64,000 bases of DNA from Takakia lepidozioides (taxonomy: Eukaryota > Plantae > Bryophyta). The position numbers and the translations under genes are program-made. Below are positions 1 through 12,700 of the stretch, one piece after another. Below the pieces are notes generated by a model that made no database searches, was not told the DNA's origin, and worked only from the letters and a program-made list of their open reading frames with translations. Position 1 is the stretch's first letter. The number at the start of each line of letters is the position of its first letter. The stretch lies in the NCBI GenBank assembly GCA_030704615.1, contig CM060732.1, positions 8,184,001-8,248,000 of the forward strand, in the 5' to 3' direction.

Positions 1-441
1 GTTGCCGACTCGCACCCAACAAAAAGAGATGGAAAAACAGTGCGCCGTGTCGCTTCGGGTGCAGATCACGACTGCAAGATGGAATCGGCTAGAATTTTGC
101 AGGCTTGGGTGACTCGTATCACCGAAGTCCCTGCCCCGGGGTATGGACGGATTTACACAGTGTTGTCTGCTGGCTCAGTTCTTCATGGGAAAGAATATCA
201 GGTTACCGTGGGGAATTTCCCTGCGTGCACTTGTCCGGATTTTGTAGCGATGCGTGAGGGCGCTCTCGGCATGAGAGGGAAGTGGGTCCCCTACAAACAT
301 CAATATTACATATACCTTATAATTATGTGCTGCGATGGTAAGAGAGACCAATTCATTCACCAAGCCACACTAGGCTATGGAGAAGTCATCACTCTTCTAC
401 AGCGGGACACCTGCCGTGGGGCTCCGCCACATTCTCTGTGA
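1..441 (+). pseudogene. SWIM zinc-finger ORF fragment, probably transposon-derived; 5' end may lie outside the window
   Basis: Translation YQVTVGNFPACTCPDF...KWVPYKHQYYI matches SWIM CxC-x(n)-CxH with the third Cys changed to Tyr. Confidence 0.6.
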
Positions 442-799
442 ATAGAAACGAGCCATGCCCACTTCCCGTGCTGGTTTCCAGCTTATCGCGGAACCAGGGC
501 AATTGCATATTGTAGGCGTCTTTCTCTGAATTGAAATAAAGTGTGACGATCATTCTGAGCTCAAATCTGCATTATGTTCATATTCCTTTTTTTGTGCAGA
601 CATTGCAGACATGGTGCATGGTGGCCCCTTTGTTTTGTCCTCGTTTGTCCACGGTAATAGGCCCTCTTCATGCAATCCTCGCCTATAGGGCCTGCTTCTC
701 TAGCACATTGGTGCCGCTCACGCTTTGCAGCTACAACGTGAGCTCAGCTCCCAGGCTCACGGGCTGGGCTCACGCCGTAGCTACGCTGATTTAACACAA

Positions 800-1330
800 C
801 TATGTGCCAGATGTTAGAGAAAAATGGGACCTTGATCTATGAGGGGGACATTGCCCTGCCAATTCTGGTGCTTGCCTATAGAACTTCTGTCCATGCCATT
901 ACCAATATCTCTCCTTTTGCATTGTTATATGGTCGCAAGGCTCGCTCCCCTTTGCACATTTCAACCATGCAGGTACCTGTCTCTCAACCTGTTGATTGGG
1001 ATCTTTTTTTGCATGACCTGGATGTTAAGAGATGTAAGCTCCGAGAAAGAGCAAAGAGCAACATTGTGTTAGCTCATGCCGCTTGGGCTCTATAACTACA
1101 ATCGCCGTGTTGTGTATTATGATGCCTTCAAAGTTGGTCAATCCGTTTGTGTTCGTCTTCAACCTGGTAAGCAGGTCTCCAAGGCTTCTCGTAGAATAGA
1201 TGGCCCATATCTGATTGTTGACATCCTGCCTGGTCACCAGCACCAGCTTCTGCCTCAACATGACTCCACTGCTGGCGCTATTCCAGGGACTGTCCACATT
1301 TCGTTATTGGTTCCTTGCATTCTTCAATTT
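800..1330 (+). mobile_element. Ty3/gypsy integrase C-terminal fragment (decayed)
   Basis: LPILVLAYRTSVHAITNISPFALLYGRKARSPL, then after a frameshift FKVGQSV...GPYLIV (GPY/F module). Confidence 0.7.
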
Positions 1331-1519
1331 AATCTAATATGTTTTGAATATTGAGCATCGACATGTTATTCTTACTCCTAATAGGGCTGCTCGTCATCAG
1401 CAGGTGGCTGCTTCTTCCATAGAGTAGTTTTTGTGCAATTTTTTTTTTCGAGCTAGGTGTTCACATCATCATGTAAGCACCTAGGGTTTTTCCAGGGTGA
1501 TGTTTGTAGCAGGGAGTGC

Positions 1520-2345
1520 TTAGGGGCCAACATCTGGTGGAAGATCCACCACTACAACAATAGGTCCTCAAGGACCAGCACAAACAGGAGAACCAGCACC
1601 TATCAGTGGGCAGGGTGTAGGGCCACAGATGGCGGTACCTCCAACACGGGCAAAACCACATTTTCCAATATACGCAGGGAAAGAGGATCTTGATGTACAC
1701 ATTAGCTAATTTGAGCACATGTGTATTGTGAACAATGAGAATGGCGATGATGCCAAGATGAGACTGTTTCCTTGTTCATTTATCAAGAAAGCAAGTGAAT
1801 GGTATGCAAGATTTCCAGATAATCATTTCCTAACCTGGAATAGCCTTAGTACGACATTCCGGAATAGGTTCAGGACAAGCAAAACTGAGGATGAAGTGTA
1901 TGGAAGTTTACAACAGTTAAGACAAAAGAAGCATGAAACTGTTGAGCAGTACATGGAAAAGATCGAGTTAATGATGAAAAAACTGGTTGCTGTACCAGCG
2001 CCAGGGTTACAGAAGACCTGGTTTGTGAGTGGACTAAGACCAGAGTTGCAAAAGAAAGTGGATATGTTACCCCATAATACAGTGGATGAGGCATTGAAAC
2101 AGCCAACATGATTGAGCAATTGGGAATGTTCAGAAGAGATAAAATGGATGATGAGGACTCTGAGGATGAGTCAGATGTAGAAGAAGAGCAAGAGCTCAAA
2201 ATGAAGAGTAAGAAAAAGAAGAAGTTGAAGAGGGAAAACTATGAGAAAAGACTGGAGGAGATCTTGAAGAAGTATGCCACAGAGGCTGCAAACATTGGAG
2301 GAAAGGTGTTTGGTGTGTAAAATGCCAGAATGAAGGCCATATGGT
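1520..2345 (+). mobile_element. LTR retrotransposon gag fragment
   Basis: PIYAGKEDLDVHI...AKMRLFPCSFIKKASEWY...TWNSLSTTFRNRF...LRQKKHETVEQY...FVSGLRPEL is a retrotransposon gag pattern; close second copy at 59870-60285. Confidence 0.8.
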
Positions 2346-2697
2346 CTCAAAAGGTAGGGTTTATAAAGGGAGGGAGAGAGACTTCCTTGTTCTACCAAGA
2401 CGTCGCCATTCATCAAAGATCCAGAGGAGGGCTCCTGGGAAATGTCATAAGCATGCAGGTGGTGCCTCCGCCATCACTGCCGCGGTTCCCTTGTGCAGCA
2501 AAAAAACAGACAAGTGAGACAGTGAATCTTCCCTCATCTCTAAGCCACCGCCATCGCCTTAAAGAGCCCGCCTAGGCGGCGCTCACAGGAGCCATAAACA
2601 CTCAAGGATTGGCAGCTCAAGGTATCTGCAGCACGAGCACCATCGCTCCTCACAAGTCACCATCGCGCACGCTCTCGCAGCGCAAAAAGAAAGACAT

Positions 2698-3084
2698 TAG
2701 GGTTGTGCAGGGTTTTCCCCTGTTTGGCCCGTCATTCATCCTTCTCAGGATGAAAAACATCCGCCAGTCTGTCCGCCCAACGGATGTTGTCCGTTTCTCA
2801 TTCGCGGAAGATGAAAGACATCGTGCTTTCATCCTGTCTTGCACTCAACGGATGCAATCCGTATTTCATCTAGGTTAGACGAAAAACATCGGGGGTTTAT
2901 ACCTGTCTTGCCCCGTATTTAGGTCCTGTCAGATGAAGTCTTTTTTTCATCCAGGTTGGATTGAAAAAGTAGAAACTGACGGGAGTTTTGCAACTCACAG
3001 GTATTTTAGTGAAGAAACATTTCACTAGGAATTTTTTTTTTTGGTATTTTGGATGAAAAACATCCAAAATTCCCTGCAACCCAA
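2698..3084. mobile_element. hAT-like MITE remnant
   Basis: Imperfect terminal inverted repeats TAGGGTTGTGCAGGG...CCCTGCAACCCAA and repeated GGATGAAA/TTTCATCC subterminal motifs; no clean TSD seen. Confidence 0.45.
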
Positions 3085-3789
3085 TTTTTCAATTTTTTTC
3101 CAAACTCCTCAAAGATGGAAGTCGGGACAACAATTCCATAAGCCCAGTTTCCAGAGGGAGAGAGAGGGAGAGAGAGGGAAACAAAAAGAAAAAGAAAAGG
3201 TGGGTGGGGGGGGGTTTGACTAAGCAGCTCAGCAAGTGCTGCTCAGTCACCCCCCCCCCCCCCCACTTTTTTTTTTTTTGGTTTGTTGCCCCTCTCGAGA
3301 CCAGCAGCACTGGCTGCTCTCAGCTCCCCACACGTTTTTTTTTTTTTAATCTGGAATGTAGAGGTTGTTTCCTGGTGAGGCCCTTCGCTCACTTTACAGA
3401 GCAAGGTTTTCTTCACATGGTTTTTTCATCCCTTGTGTATCGGATGCGTAGTTTGTGCTAGTTTTGTTTTAGTGACCGTTTGTTTTTGGTTTGAATTCAA
3501 GCTAGCTCGAGGGAGCTCACTTGTTTGGAGTCATCGTGTCCTCTTGTAAAGATTCTGTTCTCTTGGCAGGCTTTGCTGAGCAAACATCCTTATTCTATAC
3601 TAAGCCAGTAGAGGAAGGGGAATAACCCACTGGCGCAGGAATATAGCTTCACAGCTTCCCGGTTTTTTTTTAAAATAAATATTTTTAAATATAATAATAA
3701 TTTATTCAATTTATAAATAAATAAATTATTTTTAAATAAATTTAGATTTAATAATATTTAAATTTAGATTTATTTATTTAGAACATGGG

Positions 3790-6700
3790 CAAAGGCCCTG
3801 GCGGAACTTTATTAAGATTATTTGGGGAAAAAAATTAAAACCCTGTCATACACCATAGAGGTACACACACCGTGATCAGTGACATTCGAACAGAAGGGAG
3901 TTGACAGAATAGAACTAACCTCATGAGTGGAGAGACAGAGACTCTGTCGTTGAGAAACCCTACTTGCAGGGTACACTCCGTAGGGGTGGAGGAGAACCAG
4001 ACAGATCGCCTGAGAGAACTGCAAGGGAGTATCATTGAGCGGGGTAGCAGAGAGAGTGGGTAGCATTCGCCCTAGCGGCCCTAGAGCCTGATAGGGGGTT
4101 GAAGAAGACTGCACCGAAGTGCTCCAAGTGTGGGAAATGAGACGTTGAAGGGCCGAGCATTTGAATAGAAGAATGGAGAAGCAAAGGAGTTGGAGATTGG
4201 TACTGCTTAAGTGAAGCGGAGTTTGCTGGATGCACGGATGTGGCGCCAGTTGATTTCCCTCTCAAATTCTGGCGACACCATGGAGGGCCGTCTTGATGTC
4301 TCTCCAGGTGACTACTGGAAGCGCTGTCATAGTTAAGAAGCAAGTTAATCGGTGACAATGGTTGATTGTCCCAATGTGAATAGAATTGGTTCGCAAAAGG
4401 CCAGATCTTGGTTGGGGCCTGACAAAAGAGGAGGCAGTGCTCCAGAAAATTTTTGCTGGTCTCGATTTGGCCCAGATGGAGCCCCAGATGACCTTCCAAT
4501 TTTCTGCTTGAAGCCATAGGATGCCCATTTATCGTTCCACTTGGCTGAGAGGGGAAGTGGAGCGGCAAGGGCTTTGTAAGCCTTCTTAGTGGTGTAGAGA
4601 AAGAATGGTTCTATAGTTCGAGAGAATGACCAAGCCTACTCCTTGGGTCAAACTGAAGTTCTGCCAGAGGATGGCCGTAGATCCATAGGAAGGTGTTAGA
4701 GGACAGCCAGGTAAAGATTGGGATTGAAGGGTCAGGGGTTGGGTTCATGTCCTTGGGAGGGGAGGACCAACAACATACTCTAATAGGGGTGTGACGAAAA
4801 GCAGGGAGGGTAATGGGTTGTTGCATTGCAAGGAGAGAGTCATTGTGACCTGGTCTATGAAGAAGGGAAATGCCTCTATAGTGACGTCGTGGGAGTTGAG
4901 GATGAAGAAGACTGTGAGCATATTGTTGAGGATGCCTATGGACCAGAAATGAAAGCGAGGAGCTTGAGGGCCAGCCTGGAGAGAGTTCAGCCAGAGGGGA
5001 TTGATGGTTCAGCAATAACCGATTGAAGACCTGCAGAGGCTCTTGACAATCCCACTTTTTGAGCTGCAGTCTGAAGTTTGATGAAGCCGTGAGTAGCCCA
5101 GATATCGACCCTGACCTGGGAGAGGCCACTTCTGTCCCAGAAGGACCAGCGCTTGGCTTGGGATGGGGGGAATGGCATTGAGGAAGATGTGTTGTCTTAA
5201 ATTTTCCTCGTAAGATTGAGGCTCCTTCTTCCTGAGGAAAGGCCTGAGCTTTCCCCACGCCCGCCAGATAGTGGACCATAAGGTGGAACCAACGTCCTTG
5301 AGATTGAATCCTTGCGCCACCCACTGTAGAGAGGGAGCCCATTGGATGAGCTTCAGGGGGGTGCTGCTAAGTATATTGTCAACCACAAGGAACTTCCACC
5401 AGCCCCCTTCGGGCCCAAAGAATCGAGGGATCCATTTCCCCAGAAGAGCTGTTATCTGTGTGTCTGGGTCAATGCACCAAGGCCACCAAGTTTCTTTGGG
5501 AGGCAAATCTGTTTCCAAGAGACTTGGGTCTCTTTCTTCCCTGATTGGAGGTTTCAGCCCCCCAGATGAAGTTGCGAAGAAGCGCACGGACTTGTTTTAT
5601 CTGGGAGGAGTTTGGTCTCTAAGAAGAGGATTTGAACCACAATCCAGCAGAAAGAACTTGGTTCACTGCAAGGATTCCCCCAGTTATGGAGAGGTGCTTG
5701 GAGCCCCAGAAGTTGAGTTTTTTTTTAAGTCTGTCTAGAGTGGCTGCGAAGCGTTGGTCATCAGTTAGATCAATACCAAAGGTATACCCTAAAAGAGTAG
5801 TAGATTGACCGGGCTGAAGCCAGGAGAGCCCCAAGTTTGTTCCCTATGTTGGCTTGAGGAGAGCAATGGCTTGCTCTCAGCAAAGAGCGAAGTTAGGGAT
5901 CTCTTGGGCTAGAAGGATGTTGTCCACGATATATCTTCCCTTGATGAATCCCGTTTGGTTGGGTCTAATGAGTTTTGGGAGAAGAGGCTGGAGTCTTAGG
6001 GCCGGGGCCTTAGCTATTATTTTGTAGGCCACATTGAGGAGCGTAATAGGGTGGTAGTTGCTGATGTTGGTACGGTCCCATTTTTTGTAAAGCAGAGTGA
6101 TTACTCCTTGGGTCATAGATGCAGGCATGAGCCCTTGCGAGTATATGTGATTAGCCATTGCTAGAAAATCTGCGGAGATATCTTTCCACAGAGCCTTGTA
6201 CATAGAACTCTACTGGGATGCCGTCAATGCCTAGGGATTTGCCATTGTGCATTTTCTTAAGAGCCTCTTCAAGTTCCAAATCCGTGAAGAGGCCTTCTAG
6301 AGAGCCTGCCGTTTCTGGAGAGAGGAGGGAGGGGGTGGTCTGTAAGCACTCTTGCTGCAGCCTTGAGAGGGATATGTCACCGGTAGAGGGGCTACTGAAA
6401 AGGTCTGCGAAAATGGCGTCTTGCCAAGGTAGCTAGGAGTTTGGGAGAGGATGCCAACAAGCGAGAGGAGGGGTCAAGCAGCTCAGTGTTGTTCTGCGAG
6501 GCTCTACGGAGCCTTGTTTTGTCAAAAAAATATTTAGTCATTTTTTCTCCTTTGGTTGCCCAGTTTATTCCAGCTTGAAGTTTGAGTTTTTGATCCTACA
6601 AAGACTAGAAGGATTCAAGGTTGTGTTTGGCCTCAAGGTAGGTTAGAAACGTGTGTTCGCCACATCTAGGGGATTCTACTCTGGATTGGCATACCGAAAG

Positions 6701-7745
6701 GCACTTTGAAAGGGCTTTAATCTTCTTTGCTCTGATTGCTGCCAGGTCCTTACTCATAGCTTGGCTGCTTTGCTAACGGCCGCGAGCTTGGTTTGAAACC
6801 TCGACAAGGGGTCCTGATTTGGGGAACCAGCATCTAACCATGCTGCAAGGAGGCCGTTTTTGAAGGAGGGAATTTTGAGCAGGGAGGAGTTTAGTATAGT
6901 GGAAAGTTCCCTCCCAAGAGCCTTCCGAGAATTGAGAGGGCCCTGGACCGAGGGCGGGAGCCCGAGGTCAGGGCCCTCAATTCTCGGAAGGCTTGCGGGA
7001 GGGAACTTTCCACGGCGTGAATACCGTCTGTGGAAAATTGACACGTACTTAGACATTCCTCGCCATGGAAATCGTGCCCCACTGCAACGCCTGCACACAA
7101 CTTACGTTTCAAAATCTAATTAGTATAAAACGGAAAAGAAAAAGAAAAAGAACCTTACGGGTGCTTACACACGTAAGGGCTCGGGATCATCTTACACGCA
7201 TAAGGCATCACCTTACAGGCGTACCTGGGATGTAAGGCAGGAAACTACGGGAATAAGGGGGTCTTCATTTACACTAAAATTTCTGAGCCAGGTTTTTTGC
7301 CTCTAGACTGAAAGTTAGGGATGCAGATGGTGGCTGAGATAAGCGCATGGTCGAAACCTTGCTGGATGGGGGTTTGGGGGAACCTGGAAATCCATTGAAC
7401 AAGGTTGAGAGATGTGTAGAACCTATCTAGTCTTGCCATCTGAAGGTCTGCCAAGTTTCTATTATTTCTCCAGGTGAAGGCAAGGGATGGGGTTTGAGTT
7501 TGGGATTGGGCTGGATTGAGCCGTGAAACTCTGTTGGCTTCAGAGAGGTTGTGGTGAGACAGGTTTTGCCAACTGTCCATTTCAGCAATAGAGGGGTTGA
7601 GTTAGAGGGGCCTCGATGGTCCTCCTGAGATTCAACCATATTGAAACCCCCATTATGATCAACCTATCACTGTTGTTAGTGTTTTTCATAAAGGAGTCCA
7701 GATCTGACCAGAAGACAGCTCTTTCATTGGTTGTTTCTTTCAAAA
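3790..7745 (-). mobile_element. L1-like LINE ORF2 (endonuclease, partial RT, C-terminal zinc region), decayed with internal deletions
   Basis: Minus-strand fragments FTW...MARLDRFY...DH (APE endonuclease), NYHPITLLNVAYKIIAK...PNQTGFIKGRYIVDNILLAQE (RT), RLKKKLNFWGSKHLSITGGILAVNQVL, EHCLLFC; AT-rich tract at 3660-3780 beyond the 3' end. Confidence 0.88.
6899..7274. mobile_element. 376 bp non-autonomous insertion in the LINE, TA-flanked, with hairpin-rich ends
   Basis: TA at 6897-6898 and 7275-7276; ends GTGGAAA...TTTACAC; removing it restores LINE peptide RNFILNSSLL; ~50 bp-arm inverted repeat at 6899-7013. Confidence 0.65.
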
Positions 7746-9757
7746 ACAAAAACAAAAACAAAATGATTTTATAATTAAAAAAAAAGAAATAGCAAAACAT
7801 TCCAATAAAAGAACAAGGGCCCGTGGCAGCAGCCAACGTGGCAACGCACATCTGCAGAAACAAAAATATAGACGCCTCCGGAAGGGAGCGTAAATTATGG
7901 TGTCTCTTCACCACAAGGGCTACTGCCTTCCAGCTGAAAGGTGGACACCTTCATGACACACCAGACAGCGGTTTGAACCCACAACCACATCCATCGTGGT
8001 ATGTTACCCACTGGGCTACATGCTGGTAGACACATCTGCAACTGCAAGTGCGACGGGGCTTTCGTCCCCGTCTCTCCCCGCGTTGCTCGCTCAAGATTCA
8101 GAAAGGCATCGAGGAGCAGGACTGTGGCGGAAAGAGGCCAATTCGCTTTGCCAATTCTACTGCAAATATTGTTTGATTTTTTTCCCTTCTGATTCTTCTC
8201 GTTGTCTGCAATCCTTGATGTTTATATTTCTCTTCTACGTTCACTCGTCGTTTGCCTTTCTGTAGTTTTTTGCCTTCTTCCTCCTTTCTTCAGCGACTGT
8301 TGAGATACTTCTTAATTTCTAGTTGTTTCAGTCCCTATTTATTTATTCTTTCTCTCTTGTTCCCGAATTCTTTCTTTCCCTTGGATTTGCCATTCAAGTT
8401 TTGCTCACTGGATACCAACCCCCCTTTTGAAAGATGTCGTAAGGCTTAGTTGGTGGTGATGTCTTTCTTTCCCCTCTTAACCTGCGACCATTCCTTTTTC
8501 TTCGTCTCAATTTCCTGCAACGTTTGATCTCTCTTTAATCGGTGGCTCGCCAAGCTTACCGAGGTTCACGTTTTCTGCACACCAGTCGGGTACATTTCCT
8601 GACCAAATTTCTCCCAAGGCTCCTGGCTGCTGTGTTCTTTGGAATTTCCTTAGCGATGAGATGATTTTCATGTACTCGTTGCAAAAATGTTCTTCTGTCG
8701 TCACAGATGCAGGGAATTACTCTATGGTCTTGGCTGCAAACTTTTGGTTTTTCGAGGCATTACTGATTGTAGCAGGTGATGAAAGAGTAGGTCAGTTGAA
8801 GTTTTAGAAGAAATTTGACGGAGACCTGTCCTAGTACTTGTGTTCTCTGGGATGGTATACGCACTCTCCTTCAGGTGCCACTGAAGTCTTTGAAAATTTG
8901 AACGCACATGTGCAGACTTTAGTTTTCAGGAGTGAATTTTTGGGAAGTGGAGGTTTATCGATATCGGAATTGAAGCATGCAAACAATGGTCGTAGTCAAA
9001 ATGGGAAAAGCTATGACTGTAAGCAGAAGTAAAGAACATTAAACTCTGAGAATGAACCAATAATCTGGGCATGGTTGTGAGTCAATCAGGTGCAAGGGCC
9101 CATTCACATCCAACGATTACTGGCTGAGAAGTCAATTGGCGCAATTTTCGCTCCTATTTCTCATGAAGCTTGTAACGAACTATCCAGTTACACTTTTCAT
9201 CTATAAGACTGTTGTATTGGCCTTTAAAACAGTATAACCACGCAACATACAGACATGATGAAGATAAAGATAGTTGTGGGCAAAGATTGTTTCTGTACAA
9301 ATGGCCTGCTGAATCGCTACTAGTATCGGATATTATTTGTCGCTTCCATGGGTTGTCCATCTGTCCTCAGGCAGCAAGTACATGGTAACGCCATAAACAA
9401 CAACCCAGAACGTCTTGCATGACCTCCTGTGGAGTAAAAAGCTGGTCTCCATTCTTGCATAAGCAGCTGGAACCCTGAATTAAGTGCTTTGTCTCCACAC
9501 TGTATATTTGTGATGTTAGGTGGCCACCTCCATAACAGTGGCTACAGGCAGTGTATTCACATTTGCTTCAGCAATGAGCTGTCCTTTTGTGTTTTTGGCT
9601 TGTATGAGAATGCAGCTGTCCTCATATGGTATTGCACAGTATATGGAGCTTCACGGGGGTAATTTGAAATGTATGAAGTGGAAGTAAAACCTGCCACCTT
9701 GGGTTGTCGGTTGAATTACTCTTGACAAAAAACCTGCACTGGTGAACAGAGAGAATT

Positions 9758-12700
9758 ATGCTCCATCGCTCGGTACGTGAGCTTCTGGTAAGAAGCGTGC
9801 AGCACCTTCATTGGCCTGATGTGACCCTTGTAGAAGCTGCCAGGTCAGATCCTGCTGCCAGTTTAGCCCAGACGACAACCCGTGCACTGAGCAGGTTTTG
9901 GAGATATTCCTCATCAAATGGAGATGCCATGGGTTGTCAAACTCCTACACCAGGGATCGAAGCGCTATGGGGGCAGCGTGCCTACAGCACAGTTTTTAGA
10001 AAGGTAGAGGCACTGCAGCAGGGGATGACAGATATGGTGCATGATGTGGTCACACTGCCGTCGGATATTCGCTACGAGGATCTCGTGGTCAACCGAGCAG
10101 AACATCTGAAGGTGTGTAAGAACTTACCCTTCAGGTTCTTTGTGAGCTTGAGGGAATTTTTATCCTCTCTCTAACACCAATTAGTTTGAGTGCTAGTATG
10201 ATCAGCTTGATTGGTGCCCTGGCTTGAGGGTACTTCACAAACAGCAGGACTGCAACAGTTGATTGTCCACTCTACCAAAATTGAACTTGTTTGCCAAGAG
10301 AAGAGCCATGGGAATAGCCCTTTCTGTTCCTCAGTAGCAGATGCGCACATCAAGGCCATATCTTTTGGCTAGTGGTAGAAGCAAAAGCCACTAAATTCCT
10401 CTTTGTCTCCCACCATTGAGAAGTTAGGTGCTGAAATTATTCTGGTCTCGTGGGTAGGTAGTCTGCATACATAGGCAACACTGGACCATCAGTTGAATGG
10501 CTTGCAGGTCGTCATCCAGAAGTCTCGAAATTTTGTATGGTCCATGCTATGTACACATTTTCTGGTGTTGGAGGAAGGACTAAAATTGTGGTTGATTTTA
10601 TTTGGCAGGAAAAACCCAGAACAGATTCAGACCTTCTTAAGTTTGGGGCGGTATATACTGACCACATGCTGCAAGTCGCGTGGAAAGATGGGCTGGGGTG
10701 GATGGCTCCCTCCATTGCCCCCCTGGCTCCACTTACCCTTCACCCCTGTGCACAGGTAAGCTGTCCTTTATGTTCAAAGATAATTGCATTAATGACATGA
10801 ACCGGGCGGGAGTTACCTGTTGGAGCAGGATTGGGGACATCTAGTCGCCCCAAGAGAGGAGAGTGATTGCAGATACAGTCGAAGAGAGGTGTCATTCTGA
10901 CAATTTAGGAGAGAAGATTCATCGAAATTGGTTTTCAGCTCCTTTTCAGACTTTTTGGTGCTACATAGAGTAGATGCAGTAGTAAGATGCACGGCTTTCC
11001 TCAATAAATGTATTGGTTAAATTTGGGGATTCCCAGTTTTTGCATACAGAGTTTTCATTCAGTATAGCATGCAAGACTGCCAAATAATGGTTTGTCAATT
11101 CAGGTGCTGCATTATGGGGTAGAGTGCTTTGAGGGTATGAAGGCTTACAAAGGAAAAGATGGGCGGCTACGGCTGTTCCGTCCCGACATGAATTTGGATC
11201 GCATGTTGTGCTCAGCTACGCGTCTCACCCTCCCCCAATTTGACAAGGTAGGCTTTCTGTCTCTCTTTGAACTTGGAAGTTACCCAACCTCACGACAAAG
11301 CTCCATTTCTATCGAGAAACATTCTTGGTTCTCCGAGATGATAGAATCTTGCGGCCCAATTACCTTTCGGCCTCTTTATTTCCTTCTCTCCTGAGGGCTT
11401 TGGGGCGGTTCAGGGTGGGCTCCCACAACCTACGTATAGAATGTACTCATAAGACGTTGTTTGCCGTAGCCTTGTGGCCATTGACCCCCCGCCCAGTTTG
11501 AGCGGAACACAAAGGGACAGAACCTACCTCTGTCAGGGGCTGACGTTGGTAGTAAGACTTAACTTGATACAAAAAATTGATCCGGGTTTTCCAGATATCC
11601 TCTAGAAATCCCTTCACACAAGCATCAATCTGCTGTGTGTGATTTGCCCAAAAACTAGGCCTCAGAAGGGCCTGGGCTTTTGGCTCAGCCTCGAGACTTT
11701 CAAAGTTAGTAAACAGAGGTACAGGCACAATTCCCTTGATAGATTTGAGGAGAGAGACTGGCAGATGGGAAAACCTGCAGCGGGAGGACCGCCTCTGTCC
11801 AGCTTGCACAGGGCGCAACCAGGAAATTGAAACTGAAGAACACTTCTTCTTCTATTGCCCTCTATACTATGAGATCCGTGGGAGATTCCGTTGTCTATTC
11901 CGTGGAACCCAATCTCTCACTGAGGTCTTTCACTATGAAGATCAGAAATGCTTGGCAGCCTACCTGCACGAGGCATTCACCCTTAAACAATCACTCGAAC
12001 AATAGTTCTTATCTCTGACCCTGGTTTCCTGTTTTCTCTCATGTTTTTCTTTCCATTTTGTCCCATAAGCTCTATGAGCTTTCCGCGGATGTTATAAAGC
12101 ACCGTTTCATTTCATTCATTTCATTTCTCTTCCCAGGGCAGATGCTTGTGTCTCTTAGGAGACTCCCATTCTTTGGCAGACACCTTCAACTGACATGTCT
12201 GGCAGGTTACCTGCATGAGGCACTTCATTTTTGGGCCCTGTCGGTGTCTCTTGATGTGGCTTTGTTGTTCTTCTTTGGTCCATGGGGCCTGGGGGCCACC
12301 GTGGACGTCATTTGGGCATGTGTGTGCACTTGTCTTTCGTTTAGTTGAGTTTTGGTTTCAGAAACTGTTTGGAGGATCCCAATAAAGGGGAGGAAGTTGG
12401 AGTTTCATAGAGGTGACAAGCTATGTTCATCTGGGTACTAAACTTCCAATTTCTCTCTTCAGACAGCACTGCTTGAGTGCATAAAGGAGCTGGTGCGAGT
12501 GGAACGGGACTGGGTACCGGACCAAGAGGGGTTTTCCGTCTACATTCGTCCAACACTGATTGGCACCCACCCCTTCCTGGGCATGTGCACGCCTAGGGAA
12601 GCATTGCTTTTTGTGATTCTTTCCCCGGTTGGCCCATACTTCCCCACTGGATTGAAACCAATAAAGCTTTCCGTGGAGACAGAAAATATACGGGCATTTC

